Part shown: positions 51,634 through 61,578 of the stretch, piece after piece
Layout of the letters: each line of letters begins with the position of its first letter
How positions within the stretch are numbered: position 1 is the stretch's first letter
Translations under genes and position numbers: made by a program
Notes under the pieces: generated by a model
Told to the model about the DNA's origin: nothing
The model's input: the letters and a program-made list of their open reading frames with translations, nothing else
The model's database searches: none
Assembly: GCA_964624405.1 (NCBI GenBank)
Contig: CAZUXA010000004.1
Location: 70,572 to 134,571, forward strand
DNA from: an uncultured bacterium
GTDB taxonomy: Bacteria > Fermentibacterota > Fermentibacteria > Fermentibacterales > JCC-6
Reading direction: 5' to 3'
DNA length: 64,000 bases

Positions 51634-52510
51634 GAGCATCGGCTCTGTCGCCTCTTCCCATTCCTGTGCCCAGCGCGATGCCGGTGATAACCAGCAGGAG
51701 ACCCAGGATGGTGGCTGGAGCTATGGGCTCTTTAACCACCAGGGCGATGACGCCAAGGCTGAGAAAAGGCGTTATGTAGATCAGTCCGCTCACCCGGGAA
51801 GCGCTGTCGCTGCGCTTAAGGGCGGTGTTCCAGAAGAGAAAGGCCACACCCATTTCGAAAAGCCCGATGTAAGAACCCCCAAGCAAAAGCTCCGTTCGAA
51901 GGGAAAAGCGCGCTCCTGTCAGCAGCCCCCAGACCAGCAGATAAGCGGTGCCGAAACAGAAATTCAGCAGAAGATTCCCCGCCACGGAACCCGAAGCTCT
52001 GGTATTGAGTATCCAGTACAGCGCCCAAACAACCGTGCTGAAAAAGGCCAGTAATACCGGAAACAACGGGATTTCTCTCAGCACGCCGCTTCCCGCGAAG
52101 GCCATGAGAACCACCCCGGAGAAACTCACAAGAATCCCTGTTGCCGCTCCGGGTTTCAACTTCTGCCCGAGCAGTGGAACCGCAAGAAGAGAAAGGGTCA
52201 AGGGCCACAGATAGTTGATAACCATGGCCACCTGGGCCGGAAGCCCGTTGTAGGCCGAAAGAAGAATCAGATAGTAAAGGAAGGGGTTCAGAAAGCCCCG
52301 CAGCGCACCGGCCGGAAGCATGCCTGCGGTGATTCTGACGCCTTTTCTGAGAACCACCGCCAGAAACACAAGGGTTGACATTATGGACGCGGCAAAGACC
52401 ACCTGCCAGGGGCTGCCGTGATCCAGCGCGAGGCTGAATGCCGACGCGGCTGTAGACCAGAGGGCTACTGCTCCCATGGCGAAAAGGATCGCAGAAGTGT
52501 TCCTGTCCAT
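51617..52510 (-). CDS. DMT/EamA family transporter
   Basis: About ten TM helices, LWST, INYLWP, YITPF. Confidence 0.88.
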   Translation of the reverse strand: MDRNTSAILFAMGAVALWSTAASAFSLALDHGSPWQVVFAASIMSTLVFLAVVLRKGVRITAGMLPAGALRGFLNPFLYYLILLSAYNGLPAQVAMVINYLWPLTLSLLAVPLLGQKLKPGAATGILVSFSGVVLMAFAGSGVLREIPLFPVLLAFFSTVVWALYWILNTRASGSVAGNLLLNFCFGTAYLLVWGLLTGARFSLRTELLLGGSYIGLFEMGVAFLFWNTALKRSDSASRVSGLIYITPFLSLGVIALVVKEPIAPATILGLLLVITGIALGTGMGRGDRADAPTASV

Positions 52511-52535
52511 CCGATTGAAGCGCCTCCAACGCCGG

Positions 52536-52551
52536 CCACAACATATTGTAT
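52536..52551. promoter_or_regulatory. NrdR box (distal)
   Basis: ccaCaAcATaTtGtat resembles acaCwAtATaTwGtgt. Confidence 0.55.
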
Positions 52552-52651
52552 TCCTGTGCTTTCGCAAACCGTCGACACAACCCGCGGGCAAGGGTTTCAA
52601 ATCGTCGATTGCAGGCCATAAAACCGCATATCATTGCAGAGAAACGAGATA

Positions 52652-52699
52652 GCTCTATATATAGATATTGAAGGGCGCGCTCGGCACAATATATTGTGG
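52652..52699. promoter_or_regulatory. tandem NrdR boxes upstream of nrdD
   Basis: gctCtAtATaTaGata (52652-52667) and gcaCaAtATaTtGtgg (52684-52699), 32 bp apart. Confidence 0.8.
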
Positions 52700-52767
52700 T
52701 TTCCCCCTTGACCCCGTTGTCCGTCGTGTTATCTTCGCCTTTATCAGGCACCGAGGGGGGAGGGCCA

Positions 52768-54882
52768 ATGGACTGGCTTGTCAGAAAACGTGATGGTTCG
52801 ATACAATCTTACACAAAAAGTAAAATAGAGCAGGCCATTCGAAAAGCCCTCGAGGCATCGGAAACCCCGGGGGTGGCCCGGGAAATGGCTGACCAGGTTG
52901 AAACCGCCCTTTACATGGACTTTTTCAAGGGTGGCACTATCCCAACGGTGGAACGAATTCAGGACTGCATCGAAGAAACCCTGGTACTTAGAAATCTCGC
53001 GGCGGCGGCGAAGCAGTTCATCCTCTACCGGGAAAAGCGAAATGAAGCCCGGGAGGTGGATTCCATCTTCAGCGGGGTGGACAATCTCATAGCCGATTAC
53101 CTCGGCCGGCAGGACTGGCGGGTCAACGAGAACAGCAACATGAACTACAGCCTTCAGGGGCTGAACTTCTATCTTTCCTCATCCATAACAGCCAGATACT
53201 GGCTTTCGAAGATATACACGCCCCGAATCCGCGACTTTCAGGAAAACGGCGACATCCATATTCACGATCTCGGCATACTCGGGCCCTACTGCGTAGGGTG
53301 GGATCTTCAGTCCCTTCTCCGAGACGGTTTCCGGGGAGCCAGAGGCAAAATCGAGTCATCCCCTCCCGCCCACCTCAGAACAGCCCTGGGGCAGGTCGTC
53401 AACTTCTTCTACACACTGCAAGGAGAGGCGGCGGGGGCTCAGGCCTTCAGCAACTTCGACACTCTCATGGCGCCCTTTATCCGATACGACGGACTTGACT
53501 ACAAAAGGGTCAGACAATGCATTCAGGAGTTCCTTTTCAATGTGAACATACCCACCAGGGTCGGCTTCCAGACTCCGTTCACCAACATTACCATGGATCT
53601 TCGAGTCCCGGTTACCCACCGTGATGTCAATGTAGTTGTGGGAGGCCGGGAGATGCCGGAAACCTACGGCGACTTCCAGGAGGAGATGAACCTTTTCAAC
53701 CGGGCTTTCTGCGATCTTATGATGAAGGGAGACGCCCGGGGCAGGATTTTCACATTCCCGATTCCCACCTACAATCTCACCAAAGACTTCGACTGGGAAG
53801 ACGACAGCCTTCAGCCCCTCTGGGAAATGACCGGAAAGTACGGAATACCCTACTTCAGCAATTTCGTCAACTCCGACATGAACCCGGAAGACGCCCGAAG
53901 CATGTGCTGTCGGCTAAGGCTGGACAACAGGGAGCTTCGAAGGAGGGGGGGCGGGCTGTTCGGCGCCAACCCCCTGACCGGCTCCATAGGCGTGGTAACC
54001 ATAAACCTTCCCAGAATCGCCTACATGACCCGGGGCAGCATGGAAAAGTTCGAGCAGCGTCTGGCCTCGGTGATGGAGGCTTCCCGGGAATCTCTGGAAC
54101 TCAAGCGAAAATTCATCGAGGAACTCACGGAAAGGGGGCTGTACCCCTACACCAGGCATTACCTGTCCGAGGTGCGGGAAACCTCTGGCAGCTACTGGGC
54201 CAACCATTTCAGCACCATCGGCCTTATCGGCATGAACGAGGCATGCCTGAACTTTCTCGGAGCGGGAATCTCCGCGGAGGAATCAAGGGAATGGGCTCTC
54301 CGGGTGCTGGATTTCATGAGGCAGCGGCTGGAGGACTTCCAGCACACAACGGGAAACTTCTACAACCTCGAGGCCTCTCCGGCGGAAGGCGCCAGTTACA
54401 GCCTCGCCAACAAGGATATGCAGCAGTTCCCCGGCATCATCGCCCAGGGTTGTTCCAACCCGTTCTACACCAACTCGGTCCACCTTCCGGTAAGCACACC
54501 GATGGATGTGTTCAGTCTGCTGGAACACCAGGATCCCCTTCAGGCCAAGTTCACCGGCGGTACCGTGGTGCACATCTTCATGGGAGAGTCGATTCGCGAC
54601 TGGAGGATGGTGAGAACCCTGGCGAGAAGAATCGTGAACCGGTTTCATCTGCCCTATTTCAGCTTCACACCCACCTTCAGCATATGCCCGGTTCACGGAT
54701 ATGTGGCCGGTGAGCACAACCTCTGCCCCCACCCTCACACAGATGAGGAGATGGAGCTCTACGGCGAGGTGGTAAGCTGCGCCGAATCCCTGCCGCAGGG
54801 AAGCTTCAGACGGATATCAGATGAGGAACAAGGAGTAAGACAAGGTTCTCTGTTTCTAAACATGGACAAGGTGGATATATAA
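52768..54882 (+). CDS. nrdD: anaerobic (class III) ribonucleoside-triphosphate reductase large chain with ATP cone, lacking the glycyl-radical loop
   Basis: VRKRDG ATP cone, ENSN, HIHDL, YCVGW, AGAQA, SMCCRL, GSIGVVTIN, YNLEASPAE, GGTV, TPTFSICPVHG; no RxxGY. Confidence 0.92.
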   Translation: MDWLVRKRDGSIQSYTKSKIEQAIRKALEASETPGVAREMADQVETALYMDFFKGGTIPTVERIQDCIEETLVLRNLAAAAKQFILYREKRNEAREVDSIFSGVDNLIADYLGRQDWRVNENSNMNYSLQGLNFYLSSSITARYWLSKIYTPRIRDFQENGDIHIHDLGILGPYCVGWDLQSLLRDGFRGARGKIESSPPAHLRTALGQVVNFFYTLQGEAAGAQAFSNFDTLMAPFIRYDGLDYKRVRQCIQEFLFNVNIPTRVGFQTPFTNITMDLRVPVTHRDVNVVVGGREMPETYGDFQEEMNLFNRAFCDLMMKGDARGRIFTFPIPTYNLTKDFDWEDDSLQPLWEMTGKYGIPYFSNFVNSDMNPEDARSMCCRLRLDNRELRRRGGGLFGANPLTGSIGVVTINLPRIAYMTRGSMEKFEQRLASVMEASRESLELKRKFIEELTERGLYPYTRHYLSEVRETSGSYWANHFSTIGLIGMNEACLNFLGAGISAEESREWALRVLDFMRQRLEDFQHTTGNFYNLEASPAEGASYSLANKDMQQFPGIIAQGCSNPFYTNSVHLPVSTPMDVFSLLEHQDPLQAKFTGGTVVHIFMGESIRDWRMVRTLARRIVNRFHLPYFSFTPTFSICPVHGYVAGEHNLCPHPHTDEEMELYGEVVSCAESLPQGSFRRISDEEQGVRQGSLFLNMDKVDI

Positions 54883-55034
54883 TGGAAAAGGTCAAGGCTG
54901 TAAAAACGGAAGTCTACTCCAGGGTGGTCGGTTACTATCGGCCGGTGCAGGATTGGAACAGGGGCAAGCAGGAGGAGTTCAAGCTCAGGGAGTATGTCAG
55001 CATGGAACCAGAACAGAAGGAAAAAACGGATTGA
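54882..55034 (+). CDS. stand-alone NrdD glycyl-radical domain, 50 aa
   Basis: Own translation: MEKVKAVKTEVYSRVVGYYRPVQDWNRGKQEEFKLREYVSMEPEQKEKTD; TAATG overlap with nrdD and TTGA overlap with nrdG. Confidence 0.88.
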   Translation: MEKVKAVKTEVYSRVVGYYRPVQDWNRGKQEEFKLREYVSMEPEQKEKTD

Positions 55035-55720
55035 TTCGTTCCATTGTCGGCACAAGCCTGATAGAATACCCGGGGCGAATCTGCGCCGTTCTTTTTACCG
55101 GTGGATGCAACCTGGCGTGTCCGTTCTGTCACAATCCCGAGCTTGTTCTTCCCGACCTTCTGGACAGGCAGTTTTCCATCACAGCTGATGAGCTGATCCT
55201 GGCACTTGGAAGACGGCGGGGCTTCATTGACGCAGTGGCGCTCACCGGTGGCGAGCCCCTCTTCCATGACGGAACCATCGACCTTCTACAGCGGATTCGA
55301 CGGGATGTGGGCTTGATGATCAAGCTCGATACCAACGGTACATTCCCGGACAGGCTGGAGAAAGCGCTTCCCCTTGTTGACTACATTGCCATGGACCTGA
55401 AATCCTCTCCGGCGAAGTACCCTTTGGCCACCGGAGGCCACGCGGCTTTCGAGGATGTGCGCGAAAGCATCGAACTGGTCAAAAGCGCCGAGGATTACGA
55501 ATTCAGAACCACCATGGTTCCAGAACTGGTAACACCCGAGGATGTCATGGAACTCCTCTCCATTGTGAGCCCGGTGAAGCGGTATGTTCTCCAGCAGTTC
55601 CGTCCCGGTAAAACCCTGGCGAAATCCATGAACGGGGTTAAACCATACCACACACTCCTTCTGGAGGATGTGGCGGACGACGCAAGAAACCATGCATCCG
55701 AGGTGCTGGTTCGAATCTGA
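55031..55720 (+). CDS. nrdG: anaerobic RNR activating enzyme (radical SAM)
   Basis: SLIEYPG, GCNLACPFCHN, TGGEP, KLDTNG, YEFRTT; TTG start. Confidence 0.92.
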   Translation: MIRSIVGTSLIEYPGRICAVLFTGGCNLACPFCHNPELVLPDLLDRQFSITADELILALGRRRGFIDAVALTGGEPLFHDGTIDLLQRIRRDVGLMIKLDTNGTFPDRLEKALPLVDYIAMDLKSSPAKYPLATGGHAAFEDVRESIELVKSAEDYEFRTTMVPELVTPEDVMELLSIVSPVKRYVLQQFRPGKTLAKSMNGVKPYHTLLLEDVADDARNHASEVLVRI

Positions 55721-55733
55721 CGGAGTGGGCGGG

Positions 55734-56675
55734 ATGTACCGTGTTTTTCTGCCTTCAAGCTCCAATCCGGCACAGGTTTCATTGCTTCAGGATCTTATCC
55801 CTGAAAACATCGAAGTCACCAATGAAGAAAAAAGGGTGGACATGGTCGTCTGCGGAAGACCCACACCCGCAATGCTTCAGGCCTGTTCCCCGAGGGTGCT
55901 TCTGATCCCTTTCGCCGGCGTCCCTCCGGCCACTATCGAGCTGATGAAACGGTATCCCGGAATCGGTGTTCATAATCTGCACCACAACGCCCCGGCGGCG
56001 GCGGAGACCGCCCTGTGCCTCATGCTCGCAGCGGCAAGGGGCATTACTGTGGCGGATGCGGCGCTGAGAAGGGGCGACTGGTCTGCAAGATACAATCCAG
56101 GCACCACCCTCCTGCTGGGCGGCTCCAGGGTGCTGATCCTTGGAAACGGCTGCATCGGCCGGAGGCTGCGGAGGGTCTGCGAAGCACTGGATGCAAAAGT
56201 GGATGCCATCAGGCGAACCCCCGACCCCGACCCCGCCGTCCACACACCGGAGAAGCTGCATACCCTTCTTGGTGGCGTCGATTTTCTTGTCGGCTGCCTT
56301 CCCCTTACCGCTGAAACCCGCGGCATGATAGGCTCGGAGGAGTTATCTCTTCTCCACTCCCGGTCCATTGTTGTCAATGTTGGCAGGGCTGAGGTCTTTC
56401 ACGAGGAAGCGCTTTTCAGCGCGTTGTTCAAGGGGGAGATCGGAGGCGCGGGGCTGGATGTCTGGTACCGCTACCCGGGTGACCCGTCGAACACCCTCCC
56501 TTCACGCTTCCCTTTTCACACCCTTCCCAGTGTGGTGATGAGCCCGCACAGGGGGGGCGCCTGGGGTGTTCCGGAACTGGAGAGGCAAAGAACCGAAGGA
56601 ATTGCCCGGGCAATCCGGGCCGGGGCAAAAGGCATGCCTGTTCCCCATCCGGTTTGTCTGGAACGGGGCTACTGA
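55734..56675 (+). CDS. D-isomer specific 2-hydroxyacid dehydrogenase family protein
   Basis: GNGCIG, LPLT..TRG, NVGRA, GLDVW, SPH. Confidence 0.85.
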   Translation: MYRVFLPSSSNPAQVSLLQDLIPENIEVTNEEKRVDMVVCGRPTPAMLQACSPRVLLIPFAGVPPATIELMKRYPGIGVHNLHHNAPAAAETALCLMLAAARGITVADAALRRGDWSARYNPGTTLLLGGSRVLILGNGCIGRRLRRVCEALDAKVDAIRRTPDPDPAVHTPEKLHTLLGGVDFLVGCLPLTAETRGMIGSEELSLLHSRSIVVNVGRAEVFHEEALFSALFKGEIGGAGLDVWYRYPGDPSNTLPSRFPFHTLPSVVMSPHRGGAWGVPELERQRTEGIARAIRAGAKGMPVPHPVCLERGY

Positions 56676-56684
56676 GGAACCGGC

Positions 56685-57407
56685 ATGAATGGATTCCCTC
56701 ACTCAATGAACATGACGATCTGCCTTGAACTCCCTCATCCTATGGGAACAATCGATGTGGATGTTCTCTTCGATTCAAGAAAACGCATCACCATAAGGGT
56801 GCATCCGGACAAACGCGTTACCGTTCACGCGCCGGTTTCAACCGGGATTCGCCGGGTGGAGGCAGCCCTTGAAAGCAGGCTTGGCTGGATAGCCGGGCAT
56901 CTCCGGGCGCTGACGGAGAACCCGCCGATCCGGCAGCTGTACCACGACGGTTCTACCCACTACCACCTCGGAAACCGGTACAGGCTGATGATTCAAAGGG
57001 GAAACCGGTCCGGAGTACTGCTGAAGGAAGATGTGATGATTCTTACCACCAGGGCGCCCGGGAACCGGGAAAGAGTCAGGGATATTCTGCGGCGCTGGTA
57101 CCGGGAACAGGCGGAGTCAGTGATTCGGGACAGGATTCCCGAGTGGCGCGTGGGGCTTCCCGCGCATGAGATCCGTTATCGATGGATGCGTCGCCGGTGG
57201 GGAAGCTGTTCCCGGCGGGGAGTCATCGTGTTCAACACCCAACTGGTCAAGGCACCGGTGGAATACCTGGATTTCGTTGTGGTCCATGAACTGCTCCACC
57301 TCCTTCATCACAACCACGGAGTGGATTTCCGAAAGGCGCTGGATAACGTGATGCCGGACTGGCGGGCAAGAAGGCGCGGATTGAAAAAGCTTCCCCTGAT
57401 GCTATAA
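56685..57407 (+). CDS. YgjP/DUF45 (SprT-like) zinc metalloprotease
   Basis: MRRRWGSC, HELLH...NH motif. Confidence 0.88.
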   Translation: MNGFPHSMNMTICLELPHPMGTIDVDVLFDSRKRITIRVHPDKRVTVHAPVSTGIRRVEAALESRLGWIAGHLRALTENPPIRQLYHDGSTHYHLGNRYRLMIQRGNRSGVLLKEDVMILTTRAPGNRERVRDILRRWYREQAESVIRDRIPEWRVGLPAHEIRYRWMRRRWGSCSRRGVIVFNTQLVKAPVEYLDFVVVHELLHLLHHNHGVDFRKALDNVMPDWRARRRGLKKLPLML

Positions 57408-57440
57408 TCCCCCCAAGGGTACCAAAAAAAGGAGAATCGT

Positions 57441-58190
57441 ATGAAAGGATTATGCCTGACACTTCTTGCATGGGCAGCTCTTGGTCTGTTCACACCCATT
57501 GCCCAGGCACAGCATATCTACGCCATTCAGGGCGATGTTCTCTACAGGGCGGACACCGGCACGGGAAACTGGACCGAACTCTCGGATACATGGTCGGGAA
57601 CCGGTCTTCTGGTTCCATGCTCCGGAAGCATGTACGCCATCCAGGACGACATGCTGTACAGGGTGGACAGTGACGGCTCCTGGACCTCCCTGACAAATCT
57701 CTGGACGGGTACGGTGGCTCTTGCCGCCGGAAACGGCTGGCTTTACGCGGCACAGAACGAGAAGATCTACCGCGTAAACCCTTCCGACGGAAGCTGGGAA
57801 GCCATGCCCGGCGACTACAGGGGAACCACCCATCTGGCATGGGCGGGTGATGCGCTGATGGTTCTGCAGAACAACACACTTTATCGGACCGACCCGGTGA
57901 CGGGAGACTACACCGAGCTGCCCTCATCATACCGGGGAACCACCGCTGTGGCTGGATCACCAGACGCCTTCTACGTTGTTCAGGGCGATGTTCTTTACAG
58001 GGTCGATCCCCGCACCGGAGATTACGAAAGCCTTGGCGGGGGATACGAAGGCACCACGGTTATGGGTGCCTGGGGCAGTCATGTCTACTGCGTCTGGCAG
58101 GGTTCGCTCTGGAAAACCAACACCCGCACCGGGGCATACGAAAGCCTGGGCGGGGGATGGGAAGGCACTACCGCCCTCTGTGTCTTCTAG
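57441..58190 (+). CDS. secreted six-repeat beta-propeller-like protein
   Basis: Signal peptide; six ~38-aa repeats Y-x-x-Q-x-x-x-LYR-x-D-x-x-x-G-x-[WY]-x-x-L...[WY]-x-GT. Confidence 0.75.
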   Translation: MKGLCLTLLAWAALGLFTPIAQAQHIYAIQGDVLYRADTGTGNWTELSDTWSGTGLLVPCSGSMYAIQDDMLYRVDSDGSWTSLTNLWTGTVALAAGNGWLYAAQNEKIYRVNPSDGSWEAMPGDYRGTTHLAWAGDALMVLQNNTLYRTDPVTGDYTELPSSYRGTTAVAGSPDAFYVVQGDVLYRVDPRTGDYESLGGGYEGTTVMGAWGSHVYCVWQGSLWKTNTRTGAYESLGGGWEGTTALCVF

Positions 58191-58202
58191 CCTGACAGCC
58201 CG

Positions 58203-59159
58203 CTAACCCAGTTGCGACCGGTTTTTCCCGGTGGCCTTCGCCCGGTACAGAGCGTGGTCGGCCCTTTCCAGAAGCGCTTCCGGAGTTTCACACCCCAGCA
58301 TTTGAGCAACACCCAGGGATATGCTCAGGGATTCAACTCCCGGAAGATCGGCGGTTTCCCGGCGAACGGCGCTTCTAACCCGTTCAGCGGCGGCATAAGC
58401 CCCGGAGGCATCGGTAACCGGCAGCACAACCACAAACTCCTCGCCCCCATATCTTGCGATCAGGTCCGTGGGGCGAAGCCTTGATCCGAGAATTGAACCA
58501 ATCATGGCCAGAGCCCCGTCTCCCGCCTGGTGACCGTACCTGTCATTGAAAGCCTTGAAATCGTCAACATCGATCATAAGCACCGAGAGGGGCTGACCGG
58601 CTTTCAGATGCCGTCCAACGATCCGGGCCAGGTTCTCATCCAGCCATCTTCTGTTATGCAGCCCCGTCAGAGTATCTACCTTGGCTTCCTGTTCAAACCT
58701 TCTGCGAAGCTCCACATTCTTGAAAATGGTGAGATTCGTCGCCCGCATCCGCTTTGACAGCAACATGAGCAGATTAACCGAAAATGCGTGGGAAGCCGCT
58801 ACCAGAAGCCAGAAGGTTTCCTCGTCCACCCCCAGTACCCTGCTTTTCTTCAGGGCTTTCACCGTCGCGGAAGCCGGCCTGTCATCTATTACAGAAAGCT
58901 CTCCGATGGTTTCGCCCACTCCGATGGCGGCGATGCTCTCCCGGCATTCGGCATCGAGGTAAACTCCGAACTCCCCGTCAAGAACCATGTACATTGTGCA
59001 ATTTGAACCGCCGGCCTCGAGAAGCAACTCCCCCTCCTCGAGAGACATGACCGGGCAATTGGAAAGAAGGCCATGAACCGCTACCACATCCACCCATTGA
59101 AGCAACTCGAGCTTTCCCAGATCATCCATACCGACATCGTGCAAGGCTTCCGATTTCAT
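58203..59159 (-). CDS. cNMP-binding domain diguanylate cyclase
   Basis: GETIGELS..RPASATV cNMP motif; DTLTGLHNRR, FNDRYGH, RPTD I-site, GGEEF. Confidence 0.92.
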   Translation of the reverse strand: MKSEALHDVGMDDLGKLELLQWVDVVAVHGLLSNCPVMSLEEGELLLEAGGSNCTMYMVLDGEFGVYLDAECRESIAAIGVGETIGELSVIDDRPASATVKALKKSRVLGVDEETFWLLVAASHAFSVNLLMLLSKRMRATNLTIFKNVELRRRFEQEAKVDTLTGLHNRRWLDENLARIVGRHLKAGQPLSVLMIDVDDFKAFNDRYGHQAGDGALAMIGSILGSRLRPTDLIARYGGEEFVVVLPVTDASGAYAAAERVRSAVRRETADLPGVESLSISLGVAQMLGCETPEALLERADHALYRAKATGKNRSQLG

Positions 59160-59297
59160 GGCTCCCCTTTTCTGCAGAACTGCCGAAATCCTGAGGACTA
59201 TATTACCTGAAATCATGTTTGATGTCAGCCCGGGCACGCAAGCTTCCACCCTGAGCCCGGAAGCCGATAGTGGCAATACGGCGGATGTGAGAATTCA

Positions 59298-60530
59298 ATG
59301 AACTCTCCCTACGAAGCATTCCGAACCCCTGTCTTCAAAAGCCTTCTGTTGGGAAACACCCTTGTTCACATAGGCGCATCCGCCCAGAGTCTCGCCATAG
59401 GCTGGGAGATGTACCAGCGCACCGACCAGGCTTTGGCGCTTGGGCTCATAGGCCTTACCATGGCCATCCCCATGCTTCTCTTCACACTGCCAGCCGGCTA
59501 CCTGGCGGACGCCTATGACCGCAGGAAGGTGATGCTTCTGGGAATGGCGGGAACCACCCTGACCTCGCTGGCCCTGGCGGCCTTCAGTATCATGAGGGGC
59601 CAGATAGTCTGGATGTATGTACTCCTGTTTTTCGACGCCACTTTCCACAGGCTGGCCAACCCCGCGTGGTCGGCGATTCTTCCGCTGATAGTTCCTGTGA
59701 AGGCATTCGAAAACGCTGTGAAATGGCGAACTACAGCGTTTCAACTCTCGGCGGTGATCGGCCCGGCGGTGGGGGGCATCATCATCACTCAGAGCGTTCC
59801 CGCCGCATATGTCTTCAGCGCAGCCACCACCATTGTTTTCATGATCATACTGGCGCGCATGTGCATTCCGGAATCAAAACGGATCTCACGGGGGCGTGTT
59901 TTCAGCCAGATCGCCGAGGGCATTAGATTTGTCAGACACCGACAACTGATCCTCGGCTCGATCTCCCTGGACATGTTCGCGGTTCTCCTGGGCGGGGCGG
60001 TTTACCTGCTTCCGGTTTTCGCCCGGGACATCATCGCCAACCCGCCCCTGGGCTCAAGCCCTGAGGAGGTGCTGGGGTGGCTGAGGGCGGCTCCGGCGGC
60101 CGGGGCAATTCTCATGGCCCTGCTCCTTGCTCACCTTCCGCCCATCAGAAGGGCCGGAAGGGTGCTCTTTCTCTGCGTTGGAGCCTTCGGCCTTTCCACC
60201 ATCGTCTTCGGGCTCTCCAGAAACTTCTGGCTCTCCTGGGCCATGCTCTTCCTCACCGGTTTCTTCGACAATGTGAGCGTGGTGATAAGGCAGACCCTTG
60301 TCCAACTCCGAACACCCAATGAAATGAGGGGCAGGGTCTCCGCGGTGAACTCGGTGTTCATAGGCTCCTCCAACGAGCTTGGGGGTTTCGAATCCGGCCT
60401 TGTCGCCCACTTCTTCGGCCCGGTTATCTCGGTGGTCAGCGGAGGTATCGGAACTCTGATGGTTGTGGCTGCCTGGACCAGGCTCTTCCCGAAACTCAGA
60501 AAGGTCGATTGCCTGGCGGAATCGGAGTGA
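59298..60530 (+). CDS. MFS transporter
   Basis: About twelve TM helices, GYLADAYDRRK motif A, PNEMRGRV. Confidence 0.92.
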   Translation: MNSPYEAFRTPVFKSLLLGNTLVHIGASAQSLAIGWEMYQRTDQALALGLIGLTMAIPMLLFTLPAGYLADAYDRRKVMLLGMAGTTLTSLALAAFSIMRGQIVWMYVLLFFDATFHRLANPAWSAILPLIVPVKAFENAVKWRTTAFQLSAVIGPAVGGIIITQSVPAAYVFSAATTIVFMIILARMCIPESKRISRGRVFSQIAEGIRFVRHRQLILGSISLDMFAVLLGGAVYLLPVFARDIIANPPLGSSPEEVLGWLRAAPAAGAILMALLLAHLPPIRRAGRVLFLCVGAFGLSTIVFGLSRNFWLSWAMLFLTGFFDNVSVVIRQTLVQLRTPNEMRGRVSAVNSVFIGSSNELGGFESGLVAHFFGPVISVVSGGIGTLMVVAAWTRLFPKLRKVDCLAESE

Positions 60531-60624
60531 TGCCACCCGGAAACCGCTCCATGGCTCAAGACAGGCTCTTTTTAGGTGGAAAGCGGCTGCGTATCAGGAT
60601 TTTACGGGAATCGAAGGGGTGATC

Positions 60625-61455
60625 ATGATCGAACTGCCCGAAGCGGCAAATCTTGCGACACAGTTTAACAAAACGGTGAGTGGAAAAAGAATAGCCGGGG
60701 TTGTCACCCAAAGCTCGCCGCACAAATTCGCCTGGTTTCACGGGGACCCACGGGGTTACTCCAGTCTTCTCCGTGGCAGAACCCTGGGGATGGCGAAAAG
60801 TTACGGCGGTCTTGTCGAAATCGAGGCGGAGGATGCCCGGCTTCTCTTCGGTGACGGCGTGTCCCTGCGGATGCACGGCCCCGGAAGCAGTCCGCCGAAA
60901 AAGCATCAGCTTCTTCTTGACTTTGAGGATTCCTCCTTTCTCACTGGCTCCGTACATATGTACGGGGGCCTCTGGGTCTTTCCCGCAGGCACTTTCGACA
61001 ACCCGTACTACCATGTGGCGTTGCGCAAGCCTTCACCTCTCACCGATGCTTTCGACATGAAGTACTTCTCCGGAATTCTCCAGGCTCCCGGCGCGGAAAA
61101 GCTCACTGCGAAAGCCCTTCTGGCAACGGAACAACGGATTCCCGGCCTGGGCAACGGTGTCCTGCAGGACATTCTGTGGAATGCGGGGCTTCATCCGAAA
61201 AGAAAGGCCGGAACCCTTGGCCCCGAAAAATGTGAGGATCTTTTCCTGTCTGTCCGCTCAACTCTGAGAGAAATGCTTGAACTGGGGGGCAGGGAAGCCG
61301 AAAAGGATCTTTTCGGGAATCCCGGAGGATACACGACCCTGATGGGCAGGAATGCGGTCGGCAAACCATGCCCCAGGTGCGGTGGCGCCATTGCAAGGGA
61401 AAGCTACATGGGTGGAACAGTGACCTTCTGCCCGGGTTGTCAGAAACTGGAGTAG
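60625..61455 (+). CDS. Fpg/Nei-family DNA glycosylase-like protein
   Basis: MIELPE N-terminus, H2TH (IPGLGN..QDIL), zinc finger CPRC...CPGCQ. Confidence 0.82.
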   Translation: MIELPEAANLATQFNKTVSGKRIAGVVTQSSPHKFAWFHGDPRGYSSLLRGRTLGMAKSYGGLVEIEAEDARLLFGDGVSLRMHGPGSSPPKKHQLLLDFEDSSFLTGSVHMYGGLWVFPAGTFDNPYYHVALRKPSPLTDAFDMKYFSGILQAPGAEKLTAKALLATEQRIPGLGNGVLQDILWNAGLHPKRKAGTLGPEKCEDLFLSVRSTLREMLELGGREAEKDLFGNPGGYTTLMGRNAVGKPCPRCGGAIARESYMGGTVTFCPGCQKLE

Positions 61456-61578
61456 GGGAGCAGGGATTGAATTGAACAGCGCGGATGCAACACAGGAAGA
61501 GCGAGGGGCATGGCATCCATATGACAAGAGCTTCGATGATTCCCGATACGCCATACCTCGGACATGGTTGAGGCGGGT

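Noticed and set aside
52768-55034. nrdD as a pseudogene
   Set aside because: All catalytic parts are present, the small ORF has coupled start/stop overlaps, and nrdG and the NrdR boxes are intact; a read check is still advisable
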